A DNA stretch of 35,546 bases from Octopus bimaculoides (GCF_001194135.2 NC_068996.1:56286173-56321718), one strand, 5' to 3'; shown: positions 11,325-22,360, counted from the first letter of the stretch. Notes: a model not told the origin generated them from the sequence alone. A program made the numbers and translations.

Positions 11325-11805
11325 GATAACATTCACCTATAAAATATGTTCGGTTAAAAGTCTTAACTACTGGGAACGCCTGAAAGCTTTCTGTGTCTAC
11401 TCTCTTGAACGCCGAAGAGATAGATGTTCTATCGTATACATATGAAAACTTCGGTATTAGAGAGAATCTTACTACACGAACTGGTCGACAGCTTCCAAAT
11501 AAAACCTTCGAAATCATGAGCAAAACCACTGTATTGAACCAGTCTGATATTTAGAGGTCCTCAACTGTTCGACTGCTTACTTATAGAAATAAGAAATATA
11601 AAAGGAACCTCTACTGAAACATCGAAAAACTCCTAATGATGATACCAGACCAGCCAACCATTCAAGGACACACTCGGGAAAGATCAGCTGCCTCAGACTC
11701 AATCAGAAACCAAATTTCAGTCATAAAGCGGCAACAAAACCGATATAAAATAAATTCAGACGGTGCTCATACATGGCCGTAGTCTTACGACTGAATGCAT
11801 TAAAA
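11325..11805 (+). pseudogene. CR1-like LINE 3' end (ORF2 C-terminus and 3' UTR)
   Basis: TFTYKICSVKSLNYWERLKAFCVYSLERRRDR...SLIFRGPQLFD...IPDQPT...RSAASDS, then tail ggtgctcatacatggccgtagtcttacgactgaa. Confidence 0.85.
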
Positions 11806-11886
11806 GAATAACTGCATCAGCTTATAATGAGAAGTGGTCGACTTCTACTGAAGAATATTGTGATTAGTTATAAGAGAATGTAAGAC

Positions 11887-12110
11887 GGCGATCAGGCAGA
11901 ACCGTTAATACGTGGGACAAAACAAAATCCTATCGTAATTACTTCCGGCTCTTCACGCTCTGCGTTCAAATTCCGCCGAGATAGCCTTTGCTTTTTATCC
12001 TTTCAAGGTCGATAAAATAAAGTATCAGTGGAGCACCGGAGTCAATGTAATCGGCTGCTCTATCCGTTTAAAATTGCTGGCCTTGTGTTAAAATCAAAAA
12101 TTATATTATA
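11887..12110 (+). mobile_element. SINE family A
   Basis: gttcaaattccgccgag...ttatcctttcaaggtcgataaaataaagta...aattgctggccttgtg. Confidence 0.8.
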
Positions 12111-12190
12111 AACGCCAATTAGAAGGAAATTAATAGAAAAGAGAGAAACAGCATCGTCAGTGTGTCTGTGTCTTTGCTATGTCTCACATA

Positions 12191-12583
12191 TGTAGGGAAG
12201 TGGTTATACACCATTAGGTGTACTCCGCTTCCGTACATTAAATTTCTTGAAGAAACAACGGAACGCAGATTCTGAACTATCAACACAACAATATTTATTA
12301 CAATAGAATCCAGCAGCACTTCGCCCTTTGGTTACTGAGACGCCGTCAATGATGTTGCGTGGTTATTTGTCTAACTACAGAGTTGGATTGTTGGAGAGAG
12401 GCTGCTACGACGTCTAGGCCCTTCGTCGGCCAGGGTGAAAGAGGGTGAAAAGAAGCGCGAAAGCTTGGATATCGATGACTACGCATGCGCATGAGACTCT
12501 TCCTGTATTCCTTCCGGAACTAGTCCCTGCGCATGCGTGGATAAAAACTCCGGAAATGTCATCTGCTATAAGGCGTCACTACA
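12191..12583 (-). repeat. 3' LTR
   Basis: tgtagggaag...gcgtcactaca; about 15 substitutions versus 14614-15006 (manual count). Confidence 0.95.
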
Positions 12584-12595
12584 TGGCTCCCCCTC
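12584..12595 (-). other. Polypurine tract
   Basis: Minus strand GAGGGGGAGCCA immediately 5' of the TGTAGTG start of the 3' LTR. Confidence 0.85.
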
Positions 12596-12960
12596 GAGTG
12601 CCGAAAGCACGAAAATAGAAAATTTGGAGCGGCGCCTGAGGCAAGATGGCCACCGAAACCACCCACAAGATGTGGCACAAACACACACAAGGAAAAATCA
12701 AAGAAATGATGTACACTTGTGAGATACATGCATGCAATGTACAAAAGAATTGACAATGACAAAACAATCGTGATGACAACTGTCCAGGAAACTGGAATCA
12801 CGCGATGTAAAAGACTGATTTTTTTTTGTTTTTTTCTGAAAGGAAAGAAAATATATGAGTGCACAAGTGTGTGTGTGTGAGAAAGTAACGCATAACATAG
12901 AAAGAGTGACTATAGAGTAAAACCAGTTCGTATTAAAGTTCCACGAGGAGAATAGAATGT

Positions 12961-13311
12961 TCATACGTAGGAAGTTGTGGTCAAGGAGCAGAGCTGTAGG
13001 TGAACGTCAAATGCTGGGACCTGTGTTACCTGGTACGGAATATTCTGGCTGGTTAGTTCTGGTCTGTTGATCGTGAGTGGAAACATCCACTCTAACAGGG
13101 TCGAGATAAAACCTCGCTTGTTGATGTTGGTGTTGCTGGCGACGACAATGGTAGACAGTACATTGGTGGTGAAAACGTCAGCGCTGGAACTGGCTGTAGC
13201 TGTGTTCTGTATGTGTGTTTGCGATGGTGTATGCATTGGTAAATATGTTGACAGTGGTGTGTGTGGTGGTTGTGACAGGGCGTCTATTTGAGAGATACCG
13301 TTGAGTGGCAT
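12961..13311 (-). CDS. Hypothetical 116-aa Ser/Thr-rich ORF inside the LTR element
   Basis: Open frame in element sense orientation; no recognised domain; may be non-coding. Confidence 0.25.
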   Translation of the reverse strand: MPLNGISQIDALSQPPHTPLSTYLPMHTPSQTHIQNTATASSSADVFTTNVLSTIVVASNTNINKRGFISTLLEWMFPLTINRPELTSQNIPYQVTQVPAFDVHLQLCSLTTTSYV

Positions 13312-14495
13312 TGCTTGAAAATGCTGTCATGAATTCNNNNNNNNNNNNNNNNNNNNNNNNNNNNNNNNNNNNNNNNNNNNNNNNNNNNNNNNNNNNNNNN
13401 NNNNNNNNNNNNNNNNNNNNNNNNNNNNNNNNNNNNNNNNNNNNNNNNNNNNNNNNNNNNNNNNNNNNNNNNNNNNNNNNNNNNNNNNNNNNNNNNNNNN
13501 NNNNNNNNNNNNNNNNNNNNNNNNNNNNNNNNNNNNNNNNNNNNNNNNNNNNNNNNNNNNNNNNNNNNNNNNNNNNNNNNNNNNNNNNNNNNNNNNNNNN
13601 NNNNNNNNNNNNNNNNNNNNNNNNNNNNNNNNNNNNNNNNNNNNNNNNNNNNNNNNNNNNNNNNNNNNNNNNNNNNNNNNNNNNNNNNNNNNNNNNNNNN
13701 NNNNNNNNNNNNNNNNNNNNNNNNNNNNNNNNNNNNNNNNNNNNNNNNNNNNNNNNNNNNNNNNNNNNNNNNNNNNNNNNNNNNNNNNNNNNNNNNNNNN
13801 NNNNNNNNNNNNNNNNNNNNNNNNNNNNNNNNNNNNNNNNNNNNNNNNNNNNNNNNNNNNNNNNNNNNNNNNNNNNNNNNNNNNNNNNNNNNNNNNNNNN
13901 NNNNNNNNNNNNNNNNNNNNNNNNNNNNNNNNNNNNNNNNNNNNNNNNNNNNNNNNNNNNNNNNNNNNNNNNNNNNNNNNNNNNNNNNNNNNNNNNNNNN
14001 NNNNNNNNNNNNNNNNNNNNNTACACAGAGTCGGGAAAAAAAACTGAGTGGGCACAGACATGATGATAACAACTCTAAAGGCATAACATTGTGGTGCATG
14101 TGTAGAACTGGGTGCGTGCGAAGAAAGTTCAATCTATGACTGTTGAAGAACGTTGCTCGTGTGGGCTTCCATAGAGTTATCCGGTTAGTTCTTGGTCGGA
14201 TAGCTGTTCGAAATGCTGTATTTACTTATGTCAGCGGTTTCTCTGGTGGATCTATGCATCGGGTTGCATTGCATTCTCTGGCAGGTCGAAAGTGAATCGT
14301 GGGTGTCCATTGTGTCGGTGAGTTCTTTTCCTTTGTGATGTGCGACAGTCGAAACAAAACCTATGCAGAGAAAGTTGTTATTCTTGTGTTCGATGTTTAA
14401 GGCTACACTGGAAAGCATGTGTGAGACAGCGACGGCTCGTGTAGTATTATTGGTCGGTAGTTCAAAGTTTTCGGCTGCAGTTGTTCTTGATTCGA

Positions 14496-14613
14496 GGTCA
14501 CCAATTGTAGGGAAATGGTTGAATCGAATCACGTCGGGGTCACCAATTGTAGGGAAGTGGTTGAACCGAATCACGTCGGGCTGTATGAATCGAATCACGT
14601 CGGGGTCACCAAT
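14496..14613 (-). repeat. Tandemly reiterated U5-tip + tRNA-Trp primer-binding site
   Basis: Full TGGTGACCCCGACGTGAT at 14594-14611 and 14528-14545; partial copies at 14570-14580 and 14496-14503; the LTR tip (plus strand tgtagggaa.tggtt) starts at 14614, 14548 and 14506. Confidence 0.92.
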
Positions 14614-15006
14614 TGTAGGGAAGTGGTTATACACCATTAGGTGTACTCCGCTTCCGTACATTAAATTTCTTGAAGAAACAACGAAACGCAGATTCTGAAC
14701 TATCAATACAACAATATTTATTACAATAGAATTCAGCAGCACTTCGCCCTTTGGTTACTGAGACGCCGTCAATGGAGTTGCGTGGTTATTTGTCTAGCTC
14801 CAGAGTTGGAATGTTGAAGAGTGGTTACTACGACGTCTAGGCCCTTCGTCGGCCAGGGTGAAAGAGGGTGAAAAGAAGCGCGAAAGCTTGGATATCGATG
14901 ACTACGTATGCGCATGAGACTCTTCCTGTATTCCTTCCGGAACTAGTCCCTGCGCATGCGTGGATAAAAACTCCGGAAATGTCGTCTGCTATAAGTCGTC
15001 ACTACA
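14614..15006 (-). repeat. 5' LTR
   Basis: TG..CA ends; minus-strand AATAAA at 14717-14722; tgcgcatgcg and ccggaa motifs in the presumed U3. Confidence 0.95.
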
Positions 15007-15102
15007 CATACAAACACACGCACACACTAGCGCGCGTATGCACAGATGAGTGTATGTATCAAGGTATATATCAGCACTGAGAGACAGACATAAATATATA
15101 TA

Positions 15103-15333
15103 CAGTAATTTCCTGACTATCACGGGTGTTAGTTCCAAAACCTACCGCGATAGGTAAAAATCCGTGAAAAAGAAACAGTACTGTGCTGTATATTTGTTTT
15201 TCTATTATTATTTTTATAATTTATATATATTTATATTATTATAAACGCAAAACAACACCAAAGAGTAACCGACGTAAGCTTAAACAACAAACCGCTATAG
15301 GTGAACCGCGATTTGGCGAGGGATAACTGCAGT
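15103..15333. mobile_element. Tc1/mariner (Tigger-like) MITE
   Basis: TA-cagtaatttcctgactatcacggg ... aaccgcgatttggcgagggataactg; degenerate TIRs starting CAGT with TA context. Confidence 0.5.
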
Positions 15334-15814
15334 ATGAAAAGTACACTTACAATATGGTCAACATTAAATGACCTTATCAGAATTATTTGGGGACAGGGTA
15401 AAGAAACGGACATACTGACAACGCTGTTTCTCTTTTTTTTTCTTCTTCTAATTGTTGCTGCTCGGTGCAAAAAAGATATCCCACTTGATATACGGAGTTC
15501 TCCTTGGCATGTTGTTCTTGCTAGTTAAATATGACCTGTGTCTAAATAGATATATGGATTCACAGTGAGAAATGCATATGAAAATGTCTGTGTCCATGTG
15601 TAAACACTTATGTACGGGGCCCTGCATCTGAAAAAGGTGCAAATTAACACCGGTAATATAAACATTTACGAGTGGGTCCTGATGTGTAATTCGATATATG
15701 GATGCACAGACAGAAATGAATATGAGTTTGGGATCTTTTGTGTTTGGCTGCCAGCGGCTGCCAGCGTCAATTTTCTGTTCGAATTGATTTCACATTCTGT
15801 GTAATGATACACAT

Positions 15815-15925
15815 CATCATTATCATTATCACCACCATCATTTAACGTCCGTTTTCCATGTTGGCATGGGTTAGGCGGGTTGACAGGATCCGACGAGCCT
15901 CAAAGCTGCGTCAGTTTCTAACGTC
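15815..15925 (-). mobile_element. Family B-related 3' end with (GAT)n-like tail
   Basis: catcat..tttaacgtccgttttccatgttggcatgggtt is the reverse complement of the family B tail. Confidence 0.65.
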
Positions 15926-16399
15926 ATGTGTGTGTGTGTGTGGGGGGGGGTTGTGTTCCCCCTTGTGTGTACTGCTGTCACCAACTCCAAATATTAACAG
16001 AAATATTTTGTGTGGTTATTTGATTTACAAAACATGAACACCCGACTTTATTTTCCTCCTTTCTCATAGAAACCATTTAAAAATTTTCTATACTGACCCT
16101 CTACTTTCTCTTTTCCCGTATTAATAAACATTGCAATACGCTGGTGTGTAGCGGTGTGTCTGATGTGGCAGGGAGCCAAACTATCTTGCGCTACTTACTT
16201 CCATCCTCCCATGTTCCAAGTCTGAAATCTCATTGGTGTCAACTTTGCCTTTTATTTGTCCGTCTTTTATAAAACAAGAACCAAAGAACTAGTGAAGTGA
16301 AAACAATTAACTATGACCACCCGGCAACCTCCTAAATTTTGTGGCTTTCTGCCAATGTACGGGGTGGAACGAATAATTATTTAATTCCGACCTAAGTTG

Positions 16400-16860
16400 T
16401 CGGCTGACGTAATGCTAGGACTGGAATACTTAGTCATATTTTGAGTTCAAATTCCGCTGGGAACAAACCGTCTTTATCCATTACTGGGTCGATAGAATAA
16501 ATGCTATTCACATACCGAGGTGTCTGAATAGAGTTCAATAAAATCGCCCCTATAAATATTTGGCTTTCAGCCAATGTCAAAAAACAAAAAATTTAAAAAG
16601 GCAAACAAAATAAGCGCATTTACATTAGAACGAGATTGCAAAAATTTATAAGTAGTGAGATGATTAAATTGGCCGCCATAAATTGAGATGCATTGCACTC
16701 CAGACACATAAACATGTGTGCAGCTTTCAATTCTTTTACTGGTTTCAGTCATTGAACTATGGCCAGGCTGGGGCAACACCATGAAGAGTTGAGTCGATTA
16801 TATCGATCTCAGTACTTTATTATTTCAGACTGGTGAATAGTTTATCGAACCATTTTAGTT
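16400..16860. mobile_element. Degenerate SINE remnants (family A head at ~16400-16570 plus; family C tail at ~16735-16860 minus)
   Basis: gagttcaaattccgctggg...gggtcgatagaataa; gtttcagtcattgaactatggccaggctggggcaac. Confidence 0.5.
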
Positions 16861-17166
16861 ATGAGACATAAAGAAGAGAACAATATATGAACAGCTTTTT
16901 TCGATCACTGTAGACACACTCATTCATATATAACACATACACACACACATAGATATATAAATATATATCTATAAAGACATATATAAACACGTATACGTCA
17001 ATACATATAGCTAAATACATTACACACATACACACACACATGTATACGAGTGAGTGACAAACAAGCTTGATGAGTTAGTTTCTTTCATGAACCTACAAAA
17101 CTTTAAGTTGGATAGAGATGAATTAAGTTGTAATTAAATAATACATACATACATAAGTATATATAG

Positions 17167-17213
<47 letters not shown>

Positions 17214-18057
17214 ATCGAGTAAAATTTACTGCTCAGAGCGAAACACTAATTATTGAAAAACAAAAAAAACTGAACTACGTAATTTGAATATTTTTTTCAA
17301 ACTGAAAAACCATAAAATGACTAACTGGGCTTTCACATCGACCAAAGCACTTTTGCGTCGCCTTCTTTGTGCATAGTCTTGTATTGATATGTCTGAAATC
17401 AATATTTCGACTGAGTTTCAGTTCGATGCTGAGTCAACCAAAGGTCGCCTAGCGCCACTGGTCTGATATGTTTGGTCTGAGACAGTTCTTTATCTGTTGA
17501 GGTTGCCATTACAAACTTATGAGAAAAATCCAGAGTGTTGCACAAAAATGTGAATGTTTTTTTTTTCCAACTTAGAGTTGTACATTTTCTTGACTAAATC
17601 TACGGATTTAAGTTAGGGTCGGTTTCCAGAAGCTGCTATAGCGTGTCTGTAAGTTCATAAGAAAGTTCTATGCCATTCATATGAACAGGATGGCGTTGTG
17701 GAAACTGCACGCTCTTCGTCATCAAAAGATTGTTCTATTTGTGAGCGTAGCCTGGTACCGCTGAAAGAATGAGAGAAATGTTTAGAAATTTTCTTTATAG
17801 CTTTGAAGCTTGTCGTAAATCATTAATACCAGAATCGACAAAGACAAATCGATGTCTGAAATAATAATTCCACATAAGTGTCAGGATCTTTTGCCTGACT
17901 CATCATTTGACTTTCCTACCACCAAAGAAACGAATAAAAAAATTTTGTTTTCCCCCATTAATGTTATACTACTTTAACTTAATTGCAATTCGCAGCTGAC
18001 TCTTAGTGACATCTTTTGATTCTGTCAACAAAATGTCAAATTGATCGCGTAGTTTCT

Positions 18058-18290
18058 TATTTCTTTATTACCCACAAGGGGCTAAACATAGAGGGGACAA
18101 ACAAGGACAGAGAAAGGGATTAAGTCGATTACATCGACACCAGTGCGTAACTGGTACTTAATTTATCGACCCCGAAAGGATGAAAGGCAAAGTCGACCTC
18201 GACGGTATTTGAACTCAAAACGTAAAGACAGACGAAATATTGCTAAGCGTTTCGCCCGGCGAGGTAACGTTTCTGCCAGCTCGCCGCCTT
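18058..18290 (-). mobile_element. SINE family A, full length with 13-bp TSD
   Basis: TCGCGTAGTTTCT at 18045-18057 and 18291-18303 flanks a complete copy. Confidence 0.95.
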
Positions 18291-20344
18291 TCGCGTAGTT
18301 TCTGCAGATCTTTTATCAGTATTTCAACGTTGCTAAATCCATGTCAGTGTGTGACATAGTAGCAGTTATTCGAAACCCTAATCGCTGGATAACCGGACAA
18401 ACATCACGAGTGGACCACCACAGTTTTACGTGATCAATCTATTAAGCAACCGATCGGCAAGAAGCTTTGGAGTGATGTGGTTTTCTCGAATGTTCTTTCT
18501 TGTATCCTAATTAAAGACCGTTTTGCTGCTCAGTTAATCGCAGAATGTTGAAGGCGGTTGAGCAACATTCGCTTCCGTTCTTGCCACGCTGACAGTTTCA
18601 GGCATTTACGCAGACAACTCCAGGTTCTTGGACAGACCCATTTGAACATTCACAGATGCGACACAGTTCCCCTCCCCTTCCCTCTCTCTCTCTCTCTCTC
18701 TCTCTCTCCCAGTTAGCAAACATTTATGTTGTTCATTGTAAATAGCCATCACCAAATGTCTTTATGTCTGACAATAAATATTTCAGTTAAATGTTCTTGG
18801 GCTTGCTCCAGTTTTTATTCACTCAGCCGACTGAATATATCTTCATTGATCAGCTCATTTTGAGCACTCAAGCCAAAAATGGTGAAACTCGACTAAAAAA
18901 AAAATAGATCAGTAAAATCACGTAATTGGTGACAACAGACGTTAATCTTCACCTAACAACATTTGGTGATATTCGATTCAGAAATAAAAGAAAAAAAAGC
19001 TTCAAAAAACCGCAACAATAGACCTGACTCATCAATCTCATGAAAATCAACTCGTCACCACCGCCACAACAAGGAGGAAGACACCACTGCCTATTACTTC
19101 TACCATCACGCCTTCCATCTGTTTATGCTAAAAATATGCTTCAACACACGAATTCACATAAAGAATCTTGCAAGTCAAATACAAAAACGAAATGTTATAA
19201 ACCTGTCATGGCGACTTTTAATGGCTTAGGCGTATCTTTCATTCACACGAAATTATAGTCAAAAGTAACTTTCAACACCGAGTTAAGTTTCTTTTTCTCT
19301 CGAATGAACGATTCCAGAACTTTCTCAAGTTCGCTGTAACAGCTGCTATTTAATCTCTTCATATCCTTTGGGTAGTTCCAACTAATTCGTGTTTAAAAAT
19401 GGCAACTTCGCATAGTATTATGGATATTTCTCCTTCAAATACTTCTAATGCGGATACTTACCCTCCTGCCTTCATCTCTTCCGTTTCTTCTGAACTGGCA
19501 AATTTTCGTAAGACGTCTGAAGACAAATCCTGGTTCTGACAGATTCGTGCAAAGACAAGAGCTTCGTTATTTTGTGCCCTCGAATCCTCGTGTCAGAAGG
19601 ACTTCCAAAAATCATTTATTCATTGCGTTCTTTTAAATTAGCAGCTGAAATACGGTAAATCAACAGCTTCTTTCTTAGTAAAAGCATGTACGCCATTTCT
19701 GGAAGGCAGACTCTTAACCATGTGTGTCAATCTTCAACCATAACACGCGCATTGTAATCCAACACGGATAGATACTACCTAAGAGATAGTAAACACCTTA
19801 ATTATATTTCACAGATTACTGCGGATATACTGCACATCAAGGGCGCTGAAAAAAAAATTGCAGCAGGAGCATTATCTCTTTTTCTTATCACTGCTTTGTA
19901 TACCGAATACACTCAAACTCACGTTTTTCTACACAAAAAAAAAATGATTAGTTTTAACAGTTTCAAGAAAAAAAAAAAAAGAAAAGAGAAGAAAATCTGC
20001 AGAACTTCGCAACTCGAGCAGCGACAAGTCAGCGACGGCATTCTTACGATGAGAGAATGGCGAGAAGCTTTACATTAAATAATATTGTTTGTGCTTGGCT
20101 GATATATCGGCCCCAACATCATATCTTTGGATCCTACAATATTCTAAGAGAAAATTTTTCCATCTCAGATGAAAAAACTGGTTTCCTCACAACAGTCTTC
20201 AGTTTTTTTTTGTTTGTTTTTTTTTTTAAAGATAGAATTCTCTTTTGACTCTTGAATTGCGATTTATAATTGGAACATTAATCTATGACTAATGTTGTCT
20301 ACTTGACATGTGCGGATTCAGTTGTTAGGCAGCTTTCATTGATT

Positions 20345-20556
20345 TCAAAATTTGGCAGAAAGTCAGCAGTTTGGGGGTAGGGGTTATGTTGATTACATCG
20401 ACCTCAGTACACAACTGGTACTTATTTTATTCGACATTGAAAGGATGAAGGGTAAAGTCAACCGCGGCAGAATTTGAACTCAGAACGTAAAGACGAAGGA
20501 AATGCCCCTAAGCATTGTGTCTGGCGTGCGAACGAGTCTGTCTGCACGCCACCTGG
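20345..20556 (-). mobile_element. SINE family A
   Basis: ttgattacatcgacc...ctggtacttatttta...aaaggatgaagggtaaagtcaacc...atttgaactcagaacgtaaag. Confidence 0.85.
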
Positions 20557-20887
20557 CGTCAGCTATTATTTAAGGTATTTTGTCTTTGATCTTTCAGAGA
20601 GCATATTCTTTAAAATGAAGTCGGCGTAAACAGAAATCGGTTTATTTTTGGTTCAACTCCAGACAAGCAGCTGATCTTACCAACTTCCTTTATTCCAGAC
20701 AGCCAGAAATAATGGCACAGATTTTAGCTTTCCTTTCTTTGATCTTCCAGATATGGTTTCAAGAATAAGTTTCAGGAATCAGCCTAAAATAATTGCTATA
20801 TTGGGCATCATCGATCAGATGAGAGGAACCATGCAAAACTACCCCCTTTCACCTTCAAACAAAGTAATGTCAATATAAAAACAATGC

Positions 20888-21110
20888 GAAGGCGGCGAGC
20901 TGGCAGAATCATTAGTACGCCGGACGAAATGCTTAGCAGCATTTCGTCCGTTTTTAGGATTTGAGTTTAAATTCCACCGGGGTTGACTTTGCTTTTCATC
21001 CCTTTCGGGATCGATAAAATAAATACCAGTTGAACACTGGGGTCAATGTAATCGACTCACTTCTCTCTCTTAAAATTGCTGGCCTTGTGCCAAAATTTGA
21101 GATCAGTATT
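20888..21110 (+). mobile_element. SINE family A, full length
   Basis: gaaggcggcgagctggcagaa...aattgctggccttgtgccaaaatttgaga. Confidence 0.9.
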
Positions 21111-21324
21111 AAACAGTGTGAACTATTATTAAAGGTAGCCTTCTCTGCTACAATTCCTTCGTGAAGAAAATCCACCAATGTTCCATACATCTTCTTGAAA
21201 TTATTTCGAATCCTCTGTTAGAAACCCCGTCGTATGTTTTTCTTGATTTTTCTCTTGAACACCGTTTTTACACTTCACTGCTTACCTTGTTTTCTTTCAT
21301 TGTTGAATAAATGCATACAAACGC

Positions 21325-21340
21325 TCCTCTCTTTCTCTCT

Positions 21341-21399
<59 letters not shown>

Positions 21400-21456
21400 C
21401 CCATCCAACATCCAACCACTTCTACGTATATTCGGTTAGCAGGCAGGGATCAACAC

Positions 21457-21494
<38 letters not shown>

Positions 21495-21810
21495 TTGCAT
21501 AATACAAATATGTACACTGTGTGTATGTATGTATGTATGTATGTATGTATGTATGTGCGTGTGTATATGTGTGTGTATTTGTGTGTGTATGTGTCTATGT
21601 GTGTATATGGACATATGTATGTATGCGTGTGCGTGTGTGTGAGTGTATGTATGTACATATGTATGTACGTATGTATGTGTGTGGAGGTGTATATACATAC
21701 GTATGTATGTATGTATGTATGTATGTATGTATGTATGTATGTATGCATGTCAGTGTATGTATGTGTGTATGTATGTATGTTAGTATATGTATGTGTGTAT
21801 TTATACACTG
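21325..21810. repeat. (CT)n, (CA)n and (TATG)n compound microsatellites
   Basis: Seen directly. Confidence 0.95.
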
Positions 21811-22159
21811 AGGAGGTTTCATAAGTCGGAAAATAGAGCACTCTCAATATATAAAGTAATAGAGTGGGCTCTTGTGTACTGGAAGTCAATTTTGTCTTTT
21901 ATTTCTCAAGGAACGATAAGATAAAGTACCAGACATGTACTGGGGTCGATTGTTTTCTCTTTCATCTCCTTCCCTGTCTCTCTTTCTCAGCGGGACATGT
22001 AATTTCCGTAACAGTTTGACACAAAGCGTCATGCTAATGAAGCCTAAAAATCAGGTTTGGCGCACAGGTCTCCGTGGTATACTCATCCACTTAACTTCAT
22101 AAAAACTTCTAATAATTGAGACTGACGTAGAATCTGTCAACAGACGTTATCTTTAAATT

Positions 22160-22329
22160 GTGTGTGCGTGCGCGTGTGTATACATACATACATACACACA
22201 TATATACATATATATACAAACACAAACAGGCATATACATATACATACATATATGTATATATATGTGTGTGTGTATGTGTGTATATATATGTGTGTGTGTG
22301 TATGTGTGTGTGTGTGTGTGTGTGTATGT

Positions 22330-22360
<31 letters not shown>

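Larger units (their letters stand above)
12191..15006 (-). mobile_element. Ty3/Gypsy LTR retrotransposon (CsRn1-like by Trp PBS and 4-bp TSD), apparently non-autonomous
   Basis: Two 393-bp direct repeats with TG..CA ends, CATA on both flanks (12187-12190, 15007-15010), tRNA-Trp PBS next to one LTR and PPT next to the other; no gag/pol motif seen (685-N gap inside). Confidence 0.93.

Noticed and set aside
14496-14613. CRISPR-like repeat-spacer array or tRNA-Trp gene
   Set aside because: Eukaryotic context, no unique spacers, and only the tRNA 3' end is present; explained as reiterated LTR tip + PBS.
17576-17648. Plus-strand exon between a ttttccaacttag acceptor and a GTAAGT donor
   Set aside because: Stop codons in all three frames and no supporting neighbouring exons.
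19040-19258. 72-aa and other short ORFs in the unique region
   Set aside because: No recognisable domain or splice context; lengths expected by chance.
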